Of a DNA stretch of 64,000 bases, positions 1 to 9,991 are shown one piece after another. The notes under the pieces were generated by a model, which had not been told where the DNA came from, did no database searches, and saw only the letters and a program-made list of their open reading frames with translations. The stretch's first letter is position 1. Each line of letters opens with the position of its first letter. The stretch is from a virus (taxonomy: Duplodnaviria; Caudoviricetes), in the IMG/VR virus record IMGVR_UViG_3300017700_000409, positions 1 through 64,000 of that record; one strand, given 5' to 3'. A program made the position numbers and the translations under genes.

Positions 1-2
1 AT

Positions 3-134
3 GCCCTTAGCGATGATGGCAACTACGGCGACACGGACTTCACTGTCAAGAGTGGCGTTGAAACGAAATGGTATGCGATGTCCGCCAATGCTGTTGGCGA
101 ACTCGTGACCATCAGTGCCACGCCGCTCGGTTAA
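3..134 (+). CDS. 3' end of probable head decoration/cement protein (partial)
   Basis: Open frame from the window edge ending ...VETKWYAMSANAVGELVTISATPLG*, immediately upstream of the capsid gene; C-terminus resembles the gene preceding the MCP in this phage type. Confidence 0.55.
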   Translation, partial: ALSDDGNYGDTDFTVKSGVETKWYAMSANAVGELVTISATPLG

Positions 135-166
135 TCTGGCAGAACGCAAACAGGAGAAATGAAAAA

Positions 167-1273
167 ATGAAAGCTCTGACTCGCTCTGAAACGAATGCCA
201 TTCTTGCTAACTACGCAACGAAGTTTGGCATTCACTTTGACGTCAGCCAAGCGGCTGATGGCCAAATTGTGTTTATGGACCCGGATTGGGCCCACAACAT
301 CAATGTTGCTATGGACGCTCAGCCGGCACTGGTAACTCAGTCGTCAAGCGGCATCCCGGCCTTCTTGACTTCCATCGTTGATCCGAACATCCTCAAAATC
401 CGTCAGGCCGCGAACAACGCTGCTCTGATCTTCGAGGAAGTGAAGAAAGGCGATTGGACCACTGAGTCAGCTTTGTTCCCGGTCGTGGAACGCGGCGGCA
501 CGGTGACTTCCTATGGCGATCATAATGCCGGCGGCAACACCACGGCAAACATGAACTTCCCCGCCCGCAATCCGTACCTCTTCCAGACCATTTGCATCTG
601 GGGTGAGTTGCAGCTTGCTCGCGCGGGCCTCGCGAAGATTTCCTGGGCTTCGGAAATCCAGGGTGCGGCTGCTGACGTTCTCGCGAAGTTTGAAAACCTT
701 GTCTACTTCAAAGGTATGCAGGGTCTTCAGAACTACGGCATCCAGACTGACCCTGACCTGCCGGCGGCTATCGCCCCGGCTCCGAAGGCTAATGGCGGAT
801 TGGCGTGGCTCTCGGGTATGGCCCCGAATGCTACCGCCAATGAAATCTTCCAGGACATCCAGACCTTGGTCAACCAATTGATCAGCCAGTCGGCTGGCTT
901 GATTGATACCAAGTCGAAGATGAAACTGTGCTTGTCCCCGTCTCGCGAAGGAGCGTTGACTGCTACCAACTCCTTCAACGTCGGGGTCATGGACTTGCTC
1001 AAGAAGAACTACCCCAATATGGAAGTTGTTAGTGCCATTCAGTATGGCGCCATCACCTCCCAGAACCCCCAGGGTGTTGCGGCTGGCGAAATGGTGCAGT
1101 TGATTGCTCCGGATGCCGGCAGTCAGGCCACGGGTTGGGTTGCGTTCAGCGAGAAGCTCCGCACGCATCGCGTTGTTCTCGACATGAGCGCCTTCAAGCA
1201 GAAGTACACGTCAGGCGTCTATGGCGCGGTCATTCGCCAGCCTTTCGCAGTTGCAACAATGATCGGCATCTAA
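167..1273 (+). CDS. Major capsid protein (DUF2184-like, HK97 fold)
   Basis: Start moved to ATG167 (MKALTR; SD CAGGAG at 151-156). Motifs KKGDWTT, YGDHN..G, WGELQL.RAG, YFKG.QGLQNYG, RQPFA.A.M.GI; strongly biased codon usage. Confidence 0.9.
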   Translation: MKALTRSETNAILANYATKFGIHFDVSQAADGQIVFMDPDWAHNINVAMDAQPALVTQSSSGIPAFLTSIVDPNILKIRQAANNAALIFEEVKKGDWTTESALFPVVERGGTVTSYGDHNAGGNTTANMNFPARNPYLFQTICIWGELQLARAGLAKISWASEIQGAAADVLAKFENLVYFKGMQGLQNYGIQTDPDLPAAIAPAPKANGGLAWLSGMAPNATANEIFQDIQTLVNQLISQSAGLIDTKSKMKLCLSPSREGALTATNSFNVGVMDLLKKNYPNMEVVSAIQYGAITSQNPQGVAAGEMVQLIAPDAGSQATGWVAFSEKLRTHRVVLDMSAFKQKYTSGVYGAVIRQPFAVATMIGI

Positions 1274-1289
1274 TAAGGAGGCTACCAAT

Positions 1290-1784
1290 ATGAACGCACA
1301 AGCGCAACCTCGGCAAAAGTCGGGCGATACCGTTACCGTGATCTGCAAAATCCCGATGGGTATGATCCTTCATATCCACAAGGCCGAAGATATCACGGAA
1401 GTCACACCAGCGGGCAACCGGAAAACTGTTCGTCACTTTCCGGATGAGAAGGCGGGAACCGTTACCATCAACGGTCCCGCTCACGCCCAGAACGAAGCGC
1501 CCCGCTGCAAAGTTGTTGGCGGGTTTGCTTTGACGGAAGGAGTTTCCAAGGCCTTCTTTGACAAGTGGATGCAGCAAACAGGCATCGCCTTGCCGGCAGT
1601 GGAGAAGGGTTTGATTCAAGCCTTCCCGGATAACGCCAAGGCTTCAGCTGCGGCGCGAGAAAACAAGAAGGCCCTGGTTGGGCTGGAACGGCTTAATCCC
1701 AATGCTCTCCCGGATATGGGCGGGGGTTTCAAGATTAAGACCGATGAAGGCCAAGTCGCGGCAATCAATCTTACGGAGGAATAA
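1290..1784 (+). CDS. Conserved virion-associated protein downstream of MCP
   Basis: SD AGGAGG; TVTVICKIPMGMIL and GGFALTEGV.K.FFDKW motifs typical of the post-MCP gene. Confidence 0.65.
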   Translation: MNAQAQPRQKSGDTVTVICKIPMGMILHIHKAEDITEVTPAGNRKTVRHFPDEKAGTVTINGPAHAQNEAPRCKVVGGFALTEGVSKAFFDKWMQQTGIALPAVEKGLIQAFPDNAKASAAARENKKALVGLERLNPNALPDMGGGFKIKTDEGQVAAINLTEE

Positions 1785-1785
1785 A

Positions 1786-2262
1786 ATGACGACGTCATCG
1801 GGCTGTGGAGGGGTGGTTGTATTTAACTATACTCTGTGGATCACTTCGTTCCCTGAGTTCGCTGCCGTTACACAACCGAGGGCGCAGTCATTTTTTGATC
1901 GGGTTACGACTGGGGGTTTTGTGGACAACACAACCCTCAGTCCAATCCAAAACTTAGCTGAACGAACGATCTTGTTGAACCTTGCAACTTGCCACATTGC
2001 CGTTTTGTCTGGGGCTCTAAGCCCAGCACAGGCGCAAACGGTTGGGCGGGTATCTTCTGCTACACAAGGTTCTGTGAGTGTAAATCTCGACTTTACGCCA
2101 AAGGGTGGCGCGCTAGCGCAGTGGTGGAACCAAACTCAGTACGGGGCGCAATTCTACGCGGCAACACTTCGTTATCGCACCGCCACTTACTTCCCGCCTC
2201 CAGCTGCGATTTCAACGCTTCCCTACTTCAACCGCTTCGGCCTCGGGATAAGGAGACGTTGA
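1786..2262 (+). CDS. Head-tail adaptor (DUF4054-like)
   Basis: Start moved to ATG1786 (SD GGAGG); FPEF, GRVSSATQGSVSV, WWNQTQYG motifs. Confidence 0.8.
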   Translation: MTTSSGCGGVVVFNYTLWITSFPEFAAVTQPRAQSFFDRVTTGGFVDNTTLSPIQNLAERTILLNLATCHIAVLSGALSPAQAQTVGRVSSATQGSVSVNLDFTPKGGALAQWWNQTQYGAQFYAATLRYRTATYFPPPAAISTLPYFNRFGLGIRRR

Positions 2263-2263
2263 T

Positions 2264-2836
2264 GTGGCGAAGATCGAAGGCGGCAACGGGCTGAATAGCG
2301 CCTTAAAAAACATCGCAACAAAACTACAGAACGCATCCTCTGTTGAAGTCGGCTTCATTGACGGGAGGACGTATCCTGATGGACAATATGTCGCAGCAAT
2401 TGCGGCAGTCCAAGAGTTCGGCGGAACTATCCAAGTTCCAGAGAAAGAGACAACGATTTATCGGAAACTAGATAAAGAAGGCGAGCTAGCAAACAATGGG
2501 CGGTTTGTAAAACAATCTAAATCAAATTTCGCCACAACACACGTTGTCCCAGCCCACACGATAAACATACCACCTCGCCCTTTCTTTCGGAACATGATCA
2601 ATAAGAGCTCAAAGAATTGGCCCGCGAACCTTATGACTGCGTTGAAGACAACTAAATTTGACGCGGAAAAAGCACTTGGACTTGTTGGCCAACACATCAG
2701 CGATGAACTCCAAGAGTCAATTAGAAGTAACACGCCACCTCCAAACGCCAAGTCAACAATAAAGGGCAAGGGCTCCGCCCGCACCCTCATAGACACCGGG
2801 CTCATGCTCGATAGTGTAACCCATCTCGTCAAATGA
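2264..2836 (+). CDS. Neck/tail-completion protein (HK97 gp10-like)
   Basis: VA.IAAVQEFG, IPPRPFFR, PPNA.STI..KG....LIDTG.M motifs; position. Confidence 0.7.
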   Translation: MAKIEGGNGLNSALKNIATKLQNASSVEVGFIDGRTYPDGQYVAAIAAVQEFGGTIQVPEKETTIYRKLDKEGELANNGRFVKQSKSNFATTHVVPAHTINIPPRPFFRNMINKSSKNWPANLMTALKTTKFDAEKALGLVGQHISDELQESIRSNTPPPNAKSTIKGKGSARTLIDTGLMLDSVTHLVK

Positions 2837-2848
2837 ACAGGAGAACAC

Positions 2849-3439
2849 ATGACAAAGGCATATACGCTTTTTGACCCGAACTGGGGCAACATTCCTCTCG
2901 CGGTAGCTATCGCGGAAACGCCATTCAATCCGAACCCTTTGGTTGACGCGACCATTACCAACCCGACTATCACAAGCGGAACGATGGATGACACTCCCAT
3001 CGGCCAGTCAACCTCGGCTAAGGGCTCCTTCACGACTTCGCAGATTGGCGCTCTCACGGCCACACAGCTTACAGCAACAACGGCGACAATCACCCGCGCT
3101 GGCCTAACCACATTGCAAGTCGGGTCGTTGAATGCCACCCAGATCGTAGCACTCTCGACTTGCCAGATTGCCTCTCTTACCACGACACAGATCGGAACCC
3201 TTAGCGCCACTATGCTCCTGGGCGCCGGAACGTTTACGTGTAATGGAGCGACTGGGGTATCAACGCAGGTTGGCGGCTTGACTTCAACCTCTGTCCTTCT
3301 CTTCTCGCTCAAGACCGTAGGCGGAACCGTTGGCGCTACACCGCGCGCCCTCTTCCCGCCCAATACCACCTCGGGCATTGTGGTTATCGCCGGCAGCGCG
3401 AGCGATACGTCAGTCTACAACGTCGCAGCAATCGGGTAA
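2849..3439 (+). CDS. Thr-rich putative head fibre/decoration protein with 8-aa LTTxQIxx repeats
   Basis: SD CAGGAG; ITNPTITSGTMDDTPIG beta-repeat segment, tandem LTTLQVGS/LNATQIVA/LSTCQIAS/LTTTQIGT. Confidence 0.55.
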   Translation: MTKAYTLFDPNWGNIPLAVAIAETPFNPNPLVDATITNPTITSGTMDDTPIGQSTSAKGSFTTSQIGALTATQLTATTATITRAGLTTLQVGSLNATQIVALSTCQIASLTTTQIGTLSATMLLGAGTFTCNGATGVSTQVGGLTSTSVLLFSLKTVGGTVGATPRALFPPNTTSGIVVIAGSASDTSVYNVAAIG

Positions 3440-3444
3440 ATTAA

Positions 3445-3825
3445 ATGGACCTTCTCGCCATCACAACCCCAGCCATAGGTGTCGTCAACCCTCGGGTTCC
3501 GATGTCTTTGGAAGTCAGCACAGGGAATTCAATAAGCTCAGACGGTACGCAAGTGCCTACTTATGCTGACGCTGTGACTGTGATGGCGGAAATCCAACCT
3601 CTTACCTCGAATGACTTGCGGCAGTTGGATGCGCTGAATATCCAAGGATCGTTCCAGGCAATTTACATCGAAGGCCAGACAAGTGGCATCGTTCGTGCCG
3701 AGAATAAAGGCGGGGACCTTATCACAGATCAAAGCGGTAAGGTGTGGCTCGTCACTATGGTTCTTGAGTCTTGGCCGGATTGGTGCAAAGTTGCAGTTAC
3801 GCTCCAACTCACCCCTGAAGAATAA
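3445..3825 (+). CDS. Head-closure/adaptor protein
   Basis: AEIQPL, GIVRAENKGGDLI, WLVTMVLESWPDW motifs; position. Confidence 0.7.
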   Translation: MDLLAITTPAIGVVNPRVPMSLEVSTGNSISSDGTQVPTYADAVTVMAEIQPLTSNDLRQLDALNIQGSFQAIYIEGQTSGIVRAENKGGDLITDQSGKVWLVTMVLESWPDWCKVAVTLQLTPEE

Positions 3826-3836
3826 GGAGATGGTCC

Positions 3837-4133
3837 ATGGGACCTTTAAAGATGCTCCCGCTCGGGACACAGCAGATTTTGGCGGCGGGTCTTTCTGCCG
3901 CTGTCGGTCTTACGGTCCCGAATGGAACGAACATGGCGGTGTTGAGTATTGCCGGTGACTCTGGTGACTCAGTCAACTGGAGAGACTTCGGAAACCCGAC
4001 TGACGCGATTGGAATAAATATTGCTGGAGGCCAGCCGCCATATGAATATTGGGGCAACGTTGCTGCTCTGAAATTCATCATAGCCACAGGCACTCCAATC
4101 CTCAACGTCTCTTACTACAAGATAGCCGGATGA
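3837..4133 (+). CDS. Hypothetical virion protein
   Basis: SD AAGGAG; ATGA-coupled to the next gene; PLGTQQI, VNWRD.G.P motifs. Confidence 0.6.
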   Translation: MGPLKMLPLGTQQILAAGLSAAVGLTVPNGTNMAVLSIAGDSGDSVNWRDFGNPTDAIGINIAGGQPPYEYWGNVAALKFIIATGTPILNVSYYKIAG

Positions 4134-4861
4134 CAACAATCCCGACCCAATCAGCAATTGACACGGCCATAAGATCATTTTTGACGGCGGTTCTCCCGCC
4201 CGGTATTCCCATCATCAAGGGCCAGGTCAACCGGGTCGCGGAACCTTCTCAAAAAAACTATGTCGTGTTTTGGCCCCTCACCCGTTTTCGTTTGGGCACC
4301 AACATCGATAACTACAAGGATGCAGTCTTCACTGGCTCTATAGCCGGGGACGTTCTTACAATAACGGCAGTGGACCCTGCCTTCACCGGGCAACTCGGGG
4401 TCGGCATCTACATTTTTGGTGTAGGTGTAACGGACAATACACAGATCACAGCATTAGGAACAGGGACGGGAGGAGTAGGCACATACATAGTGTCCCCGTC
4501 ACAAACAGTTTCGAGTAGCCAGCTTGCTGCCGGGACTGCGAACTTGATGCAAAAGACTAAGCTACACGTCCAGTGTGATGTACACGGGCCGGAAAGCTCT
4601 AACAATGCCGTCGCAATTGAAATTGCGATGTGGGATGATATAGCCAATCGTTTCTTCAATCCGGATGTTAGCGGGGTTGCGCCGCTCTATGCTGATGATC
4701 CTCGCCAGTCTCCTTTCGTCAACGGGGAAAATCAGTTTGAAGACCGATGGGTTGTTGATATCTATGTTCAGACAAACCAAACAGTCTACTTCTCTCAACA
4801 GTTTGCTGCTGCGGTGGACGTTGATGTTATAAGCGTTGCTGCGCAGTATCCTCTCACTTAA
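4130..4861 (+). CDS. Tail terminator/neck protein with an inserted ~60-aa beta module
   Basis: Start ATG4130; [37 protein letters not shown] motifs; directly upstream of the sheath. Confidence 0.7.
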   Translation: MTTIPTQSAIDTAIRSFLTAVLPPGIPIIKGQVNRVAEPSQKNYVVFWPLTRFRLGTNIDNYKDAVFTGSIAGDVLTITAVDPAFTGQLGVGIYIFGVGVTDNTQITALGTGTGGVGTYIVSPSQTVSSSQLAAGTANLMQKTKLHVQCDVHGPESSNNAVAIEIAMWDDIANRFFNPDVSGVAPLYADDPRQSPFVNGENQFEDRWVVDIYVQTNQTVYFSQQFAAAVDVDVISVAAQYPLT

Positions 4862-4882
4862 TCATTCAAAAGGAGACAAACC

Positions 4883-7117
4883 TTGGGCACAATTCCTGCT
4901 CGTATTGATGCGAACGTCATCCCCGGAGTTCTTGGCGCGGGCGGAACTGCGCTGGATGCTATCGGCCTGTTCCTTGACAACAGCACAGAAGTCCCGATTG
5001 ATCCGCTTGGTGCAATCCTTTCGTTCCCTTCGGCTCCGGCTGTTGCTGACTATTTCGGTGCCGGCTCCTCTCAGGCGGAAATTGCGAGCGTTTACTTCAA
5101 TGGATTTGAAGGCCGCACCGCTATCCCTTCTGCGATCTTGTTCACGCAGTACCCGGCTCATGATGTTGCCGCTTACCTTCGCGGCGGCTTGCTGACCGAG
5201 ACGCTTGCTGACCTTCAAGAAATCACAGCCGGTTCGTTGACGGTTGTTATTGATGGTTACACTCACGTAATCGCCTCTATCGATCTGTCTGGTGACGCGA
5301 GCCTCTCGGCCATCGCAGCGGCGCTTACTGCTGCGTTCACGAACCCGACTGAAGCTAGCTTTACCGCCTCGATGGGCTCGGCTTTCACGGCATCTCGCGC
5401 GGGCACAACTCTTACCGTCTCTGCGATTTCTGCGGGCTATCTCTCTGCAGGGGATGTTGTAACGCACGGCACAATCCAGGTTGGCACTCTTATCGTCAGT
5501 CAACTTAGCGGCTCCCCGGGCGGCATCGGCACTTATCAAACCGATACAACCGGCACGGCTTCTTCTGGCGCTTCAACCGCTACCTCTAGCGTCTTGAATG
5601 TAACCATTTGCGCTTCCCCGGATATCGCGGTTGGGCAGACGGTTGTTATGACGAGCATCCAGGTTGGAACTCTTATTACAACCCAGATAAGCGGGACGGC
5701 AGGAGGTGTCGGCCTTTACCAAACCGAAGTGAATGGGGTCAAGGTCCAGCAAACCGTTGCGAGTGCGGCGGGAACCTCGACTGCGACAGCGCCCATCGTT
5801 ACATACAATAGCAACCACGGTGCTTTCGTAATTACCTCGGGCATTTGTGGCGGCTCCTCGCTCGCGGCCTTCGCAACCGGCACTCTTGCTATCCCGCTTG
5901 CGTTGACGCTAGCAACTGGCGCCGTTCTTAGCCAGGGCGCTGCAATGACTACGCCCTCAGCTTTCATGACGGCCCTAATCGCCCAGGAACAAAACTTCAT
6001 CTCGTTTACTACCACCTTCGATCCTGACGGTTGCTTCTTCAACGGAACTATCGCCACGACAACGCTGACTGTTGATGATGTTTACTCCGGTGAACTTTCA
6101 ATCGGGGATGTCATATCGGGCCCGGGTGTAACTGAGGGAACTATCATCACCGCGTTGGTGTCGGGAACTGGTGGCACCGGGACCTACACCGTGTCGCCGT
6201 CGCAGACTGTCGCGACGTTGGCTAATATGACCGCCTACCAGCCCGGTGGCGTTCATGGGAATGAACAGAAGCTCGCTTTTGCTGCCTGGAACAATTCTGT
6301 TCCTGACGAGTTCCTCTATGCCGGCTGGGACACAGACGTGTCCCCGACCCTCAACACCCCGGCTGCAGCTTCTTTCGGTTATATCTGCATGACCGGCCTC
6401 CAGTACCAGGGCACTGTGCCTATCTGGGAGCCGGATAATACCGGATATTACCACGAAGCCTTCTTGATGGGCTCCATCGCCTCGATCAATTTCAACGAGA
6501 CGAATGGCCGGACAAATATGAAGTTCCGGAGGCAGACTGGATTGGTACCGAGTGTTACCAGCGAAACGGTAGCCACCAATCTCGGCTCTGGCGAAAGTGA
6601 CGGGGTCAACGGATACAACTGTGTTGGTGCTGTTGCTACCGCCACCAACCAGAATATCTATTGGCGCAATGGGCAGATCAGCGGGGATTTCTCTTACATC
6701 GATAGCTACGTCAATCAGGTTTGGTTGAATAAGTCGATGCAAGCTGCGGTTCTCAACTTGATGCTTACCATTAAGTCACTCCCATATAACCAAGTTGGTT
6801 ATGACATGGTTGCGGGGGCGTTGACTGGTGGTGCCGCTCAACCTATTCAGCTTCCGGCATCTAGCCCGGTTGCTGCTGCGCTTAACTTCGGGGCTATCCG
6901 CCCGAATATTCCGCTCTCGGCAACGCAAGCTGAGGCGGTTAACAATGCGGCCGGCACGACCATCGACGGTATCTTGAGCACTCGCGGCTGGTATCTCCAG
7001 GTTCTTCCGCCTCCTCCCGAAGTCAGGGCGGTTCGCGGAAGTCCAATTTGCAACTTCTGGTACACCGATGGCGGTTCAATCAACCACATCAGTCTCGCTA
7101 GCATTGAACTCGAATAA
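4883..7117 (+). CDS. Tail sheath protein (DUF3383-like) with three inserted beta modules
   Basis: TTG start, SD AAGGAG; VADYFG..S, GRTNMKFRRQTGL, GYNCVG, GDFSYIDSYVNQVWL, PYNQ.G, GWYLQV, WYTDGGSI motifs; 744 aa. Confidence 0.9.
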   Translation: MGTIPARIDANVIPGVLGAGGTALDAIGLFLDNSTEVPIDPLGAILSFPSAPAVADYFGAGSSQAEIASVYFNGFEGRTAIPSAILFTQYPAHDVAAYLRGGLLTETLADLQEITAGSLTVVIDGYTHVIASIDLSGDASLSAIAAALTAAFTNPTEASFTASMGSAFTASRAGTTLTVSAISAGYLSAGDVVTHGTIQVGTLIVSQLSGSPGGIGTYQTDTTGTASSGASTATSSVLNVTICASPDIAVGQTVVMTSIQVGTLITTQISGTAGGVGLYQTEVNGVKVQQTVASAAGTSTATAPIVTYNSNHGAFVITSGICGGSSLAAFATGTLAIPLALTLATGAVLSQGAAMTTPSAFMTALIAQEQNFISFTTTFDPDGCFFNGTIATTTLTVDDVYSGELSIGDVISGPGVTEGTIITALVSGTGGTGTYTVSPSQTVATLANMTAYQPGGVHGNEQKLAFAAWNNSVPDEFLYAGWDTDVSPTLNTPAAASFGYICMTGLQYQGTVPIWEPDNTGYYHEAFLMGSIASINFNETNGRTNMKFRRQTGLVPSVTSETVATNLGSGESDGVNGYNCVGAVATATNQNIYWRNGQISGDFSYIDSYVNQVWLNKSMQAAVLNLMLTIKSLPYNQVGYDMVAGALTGGAAQPIQLPASSPVAAALNFGAIRPNIPLSATQAEAVNNAAGTTIDGILSTRGWYLQVLPPPPEVRAVRGSPICNFWYTDGGSINHISLASIELE

Positions 7118-7131
7118 GGGAGCCAGCAACA

Positions 7132-7566
7132 ATGGCCGATATTACATCAAGCAATAGCGTTCTCACCATCGGGGTCTTCGCTTTGTTTCCGACCCCGCAG
7201 CAGCTTCAAGGGTTCGCTCAGGATGACGCCTACTCTATGTCATCCATCGAGGTGTCCGAGAATATGATTGGTGTTGACGGGGTGAAGTCCTCGGGCTTTA
7301 TCCCGACCTTGAAGGAAATGGAAATCACACTCCAGGCCGATAGCCCGAGTAATGATTTTTTTGAAGCCTGGTTCAACGCGCAAGAAAGCGGTCAGTCTCA
7401 AATGATCGCTTTTGGAACTTTGTCTCAGCCTTCAGTCGGGAAGTCCTACAGCCTCTCAAACGGGACGCTTAAGGGCTACTCTCCGATTGCCGCCGCGAAG
7501 AAGGTTTTGCAACCTCGCAAATTCTCCATCGTGTGGCAGAATATTTCTGGCGCCCCTCTTTTCTAG
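7132..7566 (+). CDS. Tail tube protein
   Basis: ITSSNSVLT, LQGFAQDD, GVDG, ITLQADSPS, KKVLQPRKF motifs; follows the sheath. Confidence 0.85.
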   Translation: MADITSSNSVLTIGVFALFPTPQQLQGFAQDDAYSMSSIEVSENMIGVDGVKSSGFIPTLKEMEITLQADSPSNDFFEAWFNAQESGQSQMIAFGTLSQPSVGKSYSLSNGTLKGYSPIAAAKKVLQPRKFSIVWQNISGAPLF

Positions 7567-7576
7567 GATGAAATAA

Positions 7577-8107
7577 ATGCGTGTAACCCGCACAGTTACA
7601 ATTACGCAAGACGGTCGAGACAAGGGCAAAATCTTCGTTCTATCTGAAATGCCTGCGTCACAAGCCGAAGAATGGGCAATGAAAGCCCTTAATGCAATAG
7701 CGCAAAACTCCGACATCCCAGCGGGCTTGAGTAATGCTGGGATGCTCGGGGTTTTTATTCTAGGCCTAAAGCCAATCCTTGCGGCCCCTTGGGACCTTGT
7801 TAAACCTCTTATGAATGAGTTGTTTGACTCATGTCTAAGCATAATGCCGGATAAAGGCAATCCCGCGCTGCTTAGAGGTGCTGGGACTGAACTGGTTAAA
7901 CCCGCTGGTAAGCTTTTTGAAGTTGACATCGAGGAAGTTTCAACGCGCATGTTCTTGCGCAATGAGATCATCGAGCTACACACGGGTTTTTCTTTGGCCG
8001 CTGTGCTGTCCCAAGGATGGAAGCAAATCATCACAGTGGCCGCTTCAGTCAATACCCCAACCTCTCAAGGTTCATCGGCCTCGCCCTCTCCAAAGATGCA
8101 ACATTGA
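7577..8107 (+). CDS. Tail assembly chaperone (G-like)
   Basis: GRDKGK.F.L.EMPA.QAEEWA, DIEEVSTR..LR.E...LH.GF motifs; between tube and tape measure. Confidence 0.75.
   Translation: MRVTRTVTITQDGRDKGKIFVLSEMPASQAEEWAMKALNAIAQNSDIPAGLSNAGMLGVFILGLKPILAAPWDLVKPLMNELFDSCLSIMPDKGNPALLRGAGTELVKPAGKLFEVDIEEVSTRMFLRNEIIELHTGFSLAAVLSQGWKQIITVAASVNTPTSQGSSASPSPKMQH
7984..7990 (+). promoter_or_regulatory. Probable -1 ribosomal slippery site G GGT TTT
   Basis: X XXY YYZ heptamer in frame in the chaperone gene; the -1 frame is open to 8232. Confidence 0.65.
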
Positions 8108-8232
8108 TATCTAGCCTTCAGCGAGATTTATCTGTTAAAGACCTTCATGATTTGGTTGAAGTGATATCCGTTGACAACTTTAACCAATCTGTGGCGGTAG
8201 AGATTGCCCGCGAGGAGGCCGAAAATGAGTGA
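7991..8232 (+). CDS. Chaperone -1-frame extension (GT-like)
   Basis: -1 frame relative to 7577; IG...S...ATL..L....SV.DL.DL.EV..VDN.N motif; ends overlapping the TMP start. Confidence 0.65.
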
Positions 8233-9991
8233 AGGTAATGTCCTTGACACTTTAAAAATTGTAGTTGATCTTGACCCTACTAAATTTCAGCAAGGTCAGA
8301 AGAAGATCAATGAAGATTTTGAGTTAACAAAGACAAACGCAAAAAAGACAGCTGACGAACTTGAGACGCATGGCAAACAAGCGTCTTTGTTCTTCGATGA
8401 AATCACAAGCAAAGCCCTTAAGCTCGGGACCGTCCTTCTTGGTGGCATCGGGCTTAAGGACTTCATCGGCAACTCTGTTAAGACCGGGGCCGCTCTCGGG
8501 TACACCGCGCAAAACGCAGGCGTCAGCGCCCAGGCTCTAACGAAGTGGAAAAATGTTGTTCGCCAACTTGGCTTCGATGCCGAGGAGGTAGCGCCATCTA
8601 TCCAAGGCTTAAGCCAAGCCCTCACAGAGATACAATTAACTGGGAGGGATTCAGCTGGGTTAATCCCCGCTCTCCAGACGCTCGGCATCACAGACCTTCT
8701 CGACCGGACAACCGGGCAGCTTAAGACTGTTGATCAACTCCTCCCTGAAATACACAAAGGCTTGACGGCTCTTGGTGATGACGGGAAGCCGAAATTCAAC
8801 GCCCAGCAGCAATACAATCTCGCCAACCGGCTCGGATTGTCCCAAGGTCTAGTCCAAGCCCTTCTTCAAGAAGGGGCTGCTTATGACAAGTCAGTAGACA
8901 GGGCAGATAAAGCATCGAGGATAACCAAGGAACAGATCGAAGACTATAAGCGCCTGATTGGAGTTGTTGGGCAATACCAAAGCGACCTTGAGAGCACAGG
9001 CTACGAAGCCTCAACGTTCTTAATCGGAACCTTTGATGTTATTTCTAAAGCAGCACATTCGACTTCAGAGGCGTTTGGTTCTGCTTTCGATGCGATTGGA
9101 GATGCATTCAGTGCGCTGGGAAAGAAATTCCCCGTTCTCAACACCATCTTCAAACCGCTTCTTAGAGATGTTGAGTCAATCGGGAATGCGGTTGCGGGAG
9201 TAAAGAAACATATCCTGGCTTTGTTAGGCATCGGAGTTGGCGGGACGGTTGGAGTTGCTGCTAGCACCATCCTCCTTCCCTTCCTCGGGCCTCTCGCTCC
9301 TTTCGTTGGTGGGGCGATAGGAGCCGGGGTGGGGTGGGCAGCGGGGCACACCGCCGATAAAACAGCCGCCTCCTATTCGGAACCGGGGCCCCCGGGGCCT
9401 CCCGGTAAGCAAGGGGCTCCTGGCGCACCCGGTAAGCCTAGCTCTCCTGTGGCCCCGGGAGCCCTCCCGGAGAGGGTGTTTAGGACGATACAGACACTAG
9501 AAAGCGGGGGCCGGGATAACCTCCCGCCAACTCCAACCCACAACCCAAAGGACCCGTATGCGTACGGGAGGAACCAGATCACCTTGGAAACAGCCAGGGC
9601 CCGTGACAAAGACGTCACAATTGAGAAGTTGAAGGACCCTGTATACAACGACAATATGGCAAAGCAGATACAAGCCGAGTACATAAAGAAATACGGGGAC
9701 AACACAGACGCAATAGCAATCGCCTACCACAATGGCCCCGGGGCGGCTGACCAGTTCGTTGCACAAGGCGGAAGTACAGCGAACATAAAAGACTTCGGAA
9801 GTCAGTCGCAAAAGTATCTTTCCGATGCGAGAGCTAAATTGTCTGGCGGAGCCCCGACAACGAATAACACCAGCACAGTTCATATCGGGTCTATGAATAT
9901 TGCAACAAACGCTACGGATGCGAGAGGGGTTGCATCTGGAATGCGTGATAATCTAAAGACTGTAATGGCAGCCCCAAATGGACAGAATTAA
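8225..9991 (+). CDS. Tape measure protein with collagen-like segment and C-terminal lytic transglycosylase domain
   Basis: Start ATG8225 (SD GAGGAGG); helical N-half, hydrophobic segments, (GXY)6, SLT motifs LESGG, YGRNQI, AYHNGPG. Confidence 0.85.
   Translation: MSEGNVLDTLKIVVDLDPTKFQQGQKKINEDFELTKTNAKKTADELETHGKQASLFFDEITSKALKLGTVLLGGIGLKDFIGNSVKTGAALGYTAQNAGVSAQALTKWKNVVRQLGFDAEEVAPSIQGLSQALTEIQLTGRDSAGLIPALQTLGITDLLDRTTGQLKTVDQLLPEIHKGLTALGDDGKPKFNAQQQYNLANRLGLSQGLVQALLQEGAAYDKSVDRADKASRITKEQIEDYKRLIGVVGQYQSDLESTGYEASTFLIGTFDVISKAAHSTSEAFGSAFDAIGDAFSALGKKFPVLNTIFKPLLRDVESIGNAVAGVKKHILALLGIGVGGTVGVAASTILLPFLGPLAPFVGGAIGAGVGWAAGHTADKTAASYSEPGPPGPPGKQGAPGAPGKPSSPVAPGALPERVFRTIQTLESGGRDNLPPTPTHNPKDPYAYGRNQITLETARARDKDVTIEKLKDPVYNDNMAKQIQAEYIKKYGDNTDAIAIAYHNGPGAADQFVAQGGSTANIKDFGSQSQKYLSDARAKLSGGAPTTNNTSTVHIGSMNIATNATDARGVASGMRDNLKTVMAAPNGQN

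Noticed and set aside
68-166. ORF-track N-terminal extensions (capsid from 68; also 1678, 4049, 22213, 44800, 47598)
   Set aside because: They overlap upstream genes or lack an SD; downstream starts have clear SDs and homolog-like N-termini
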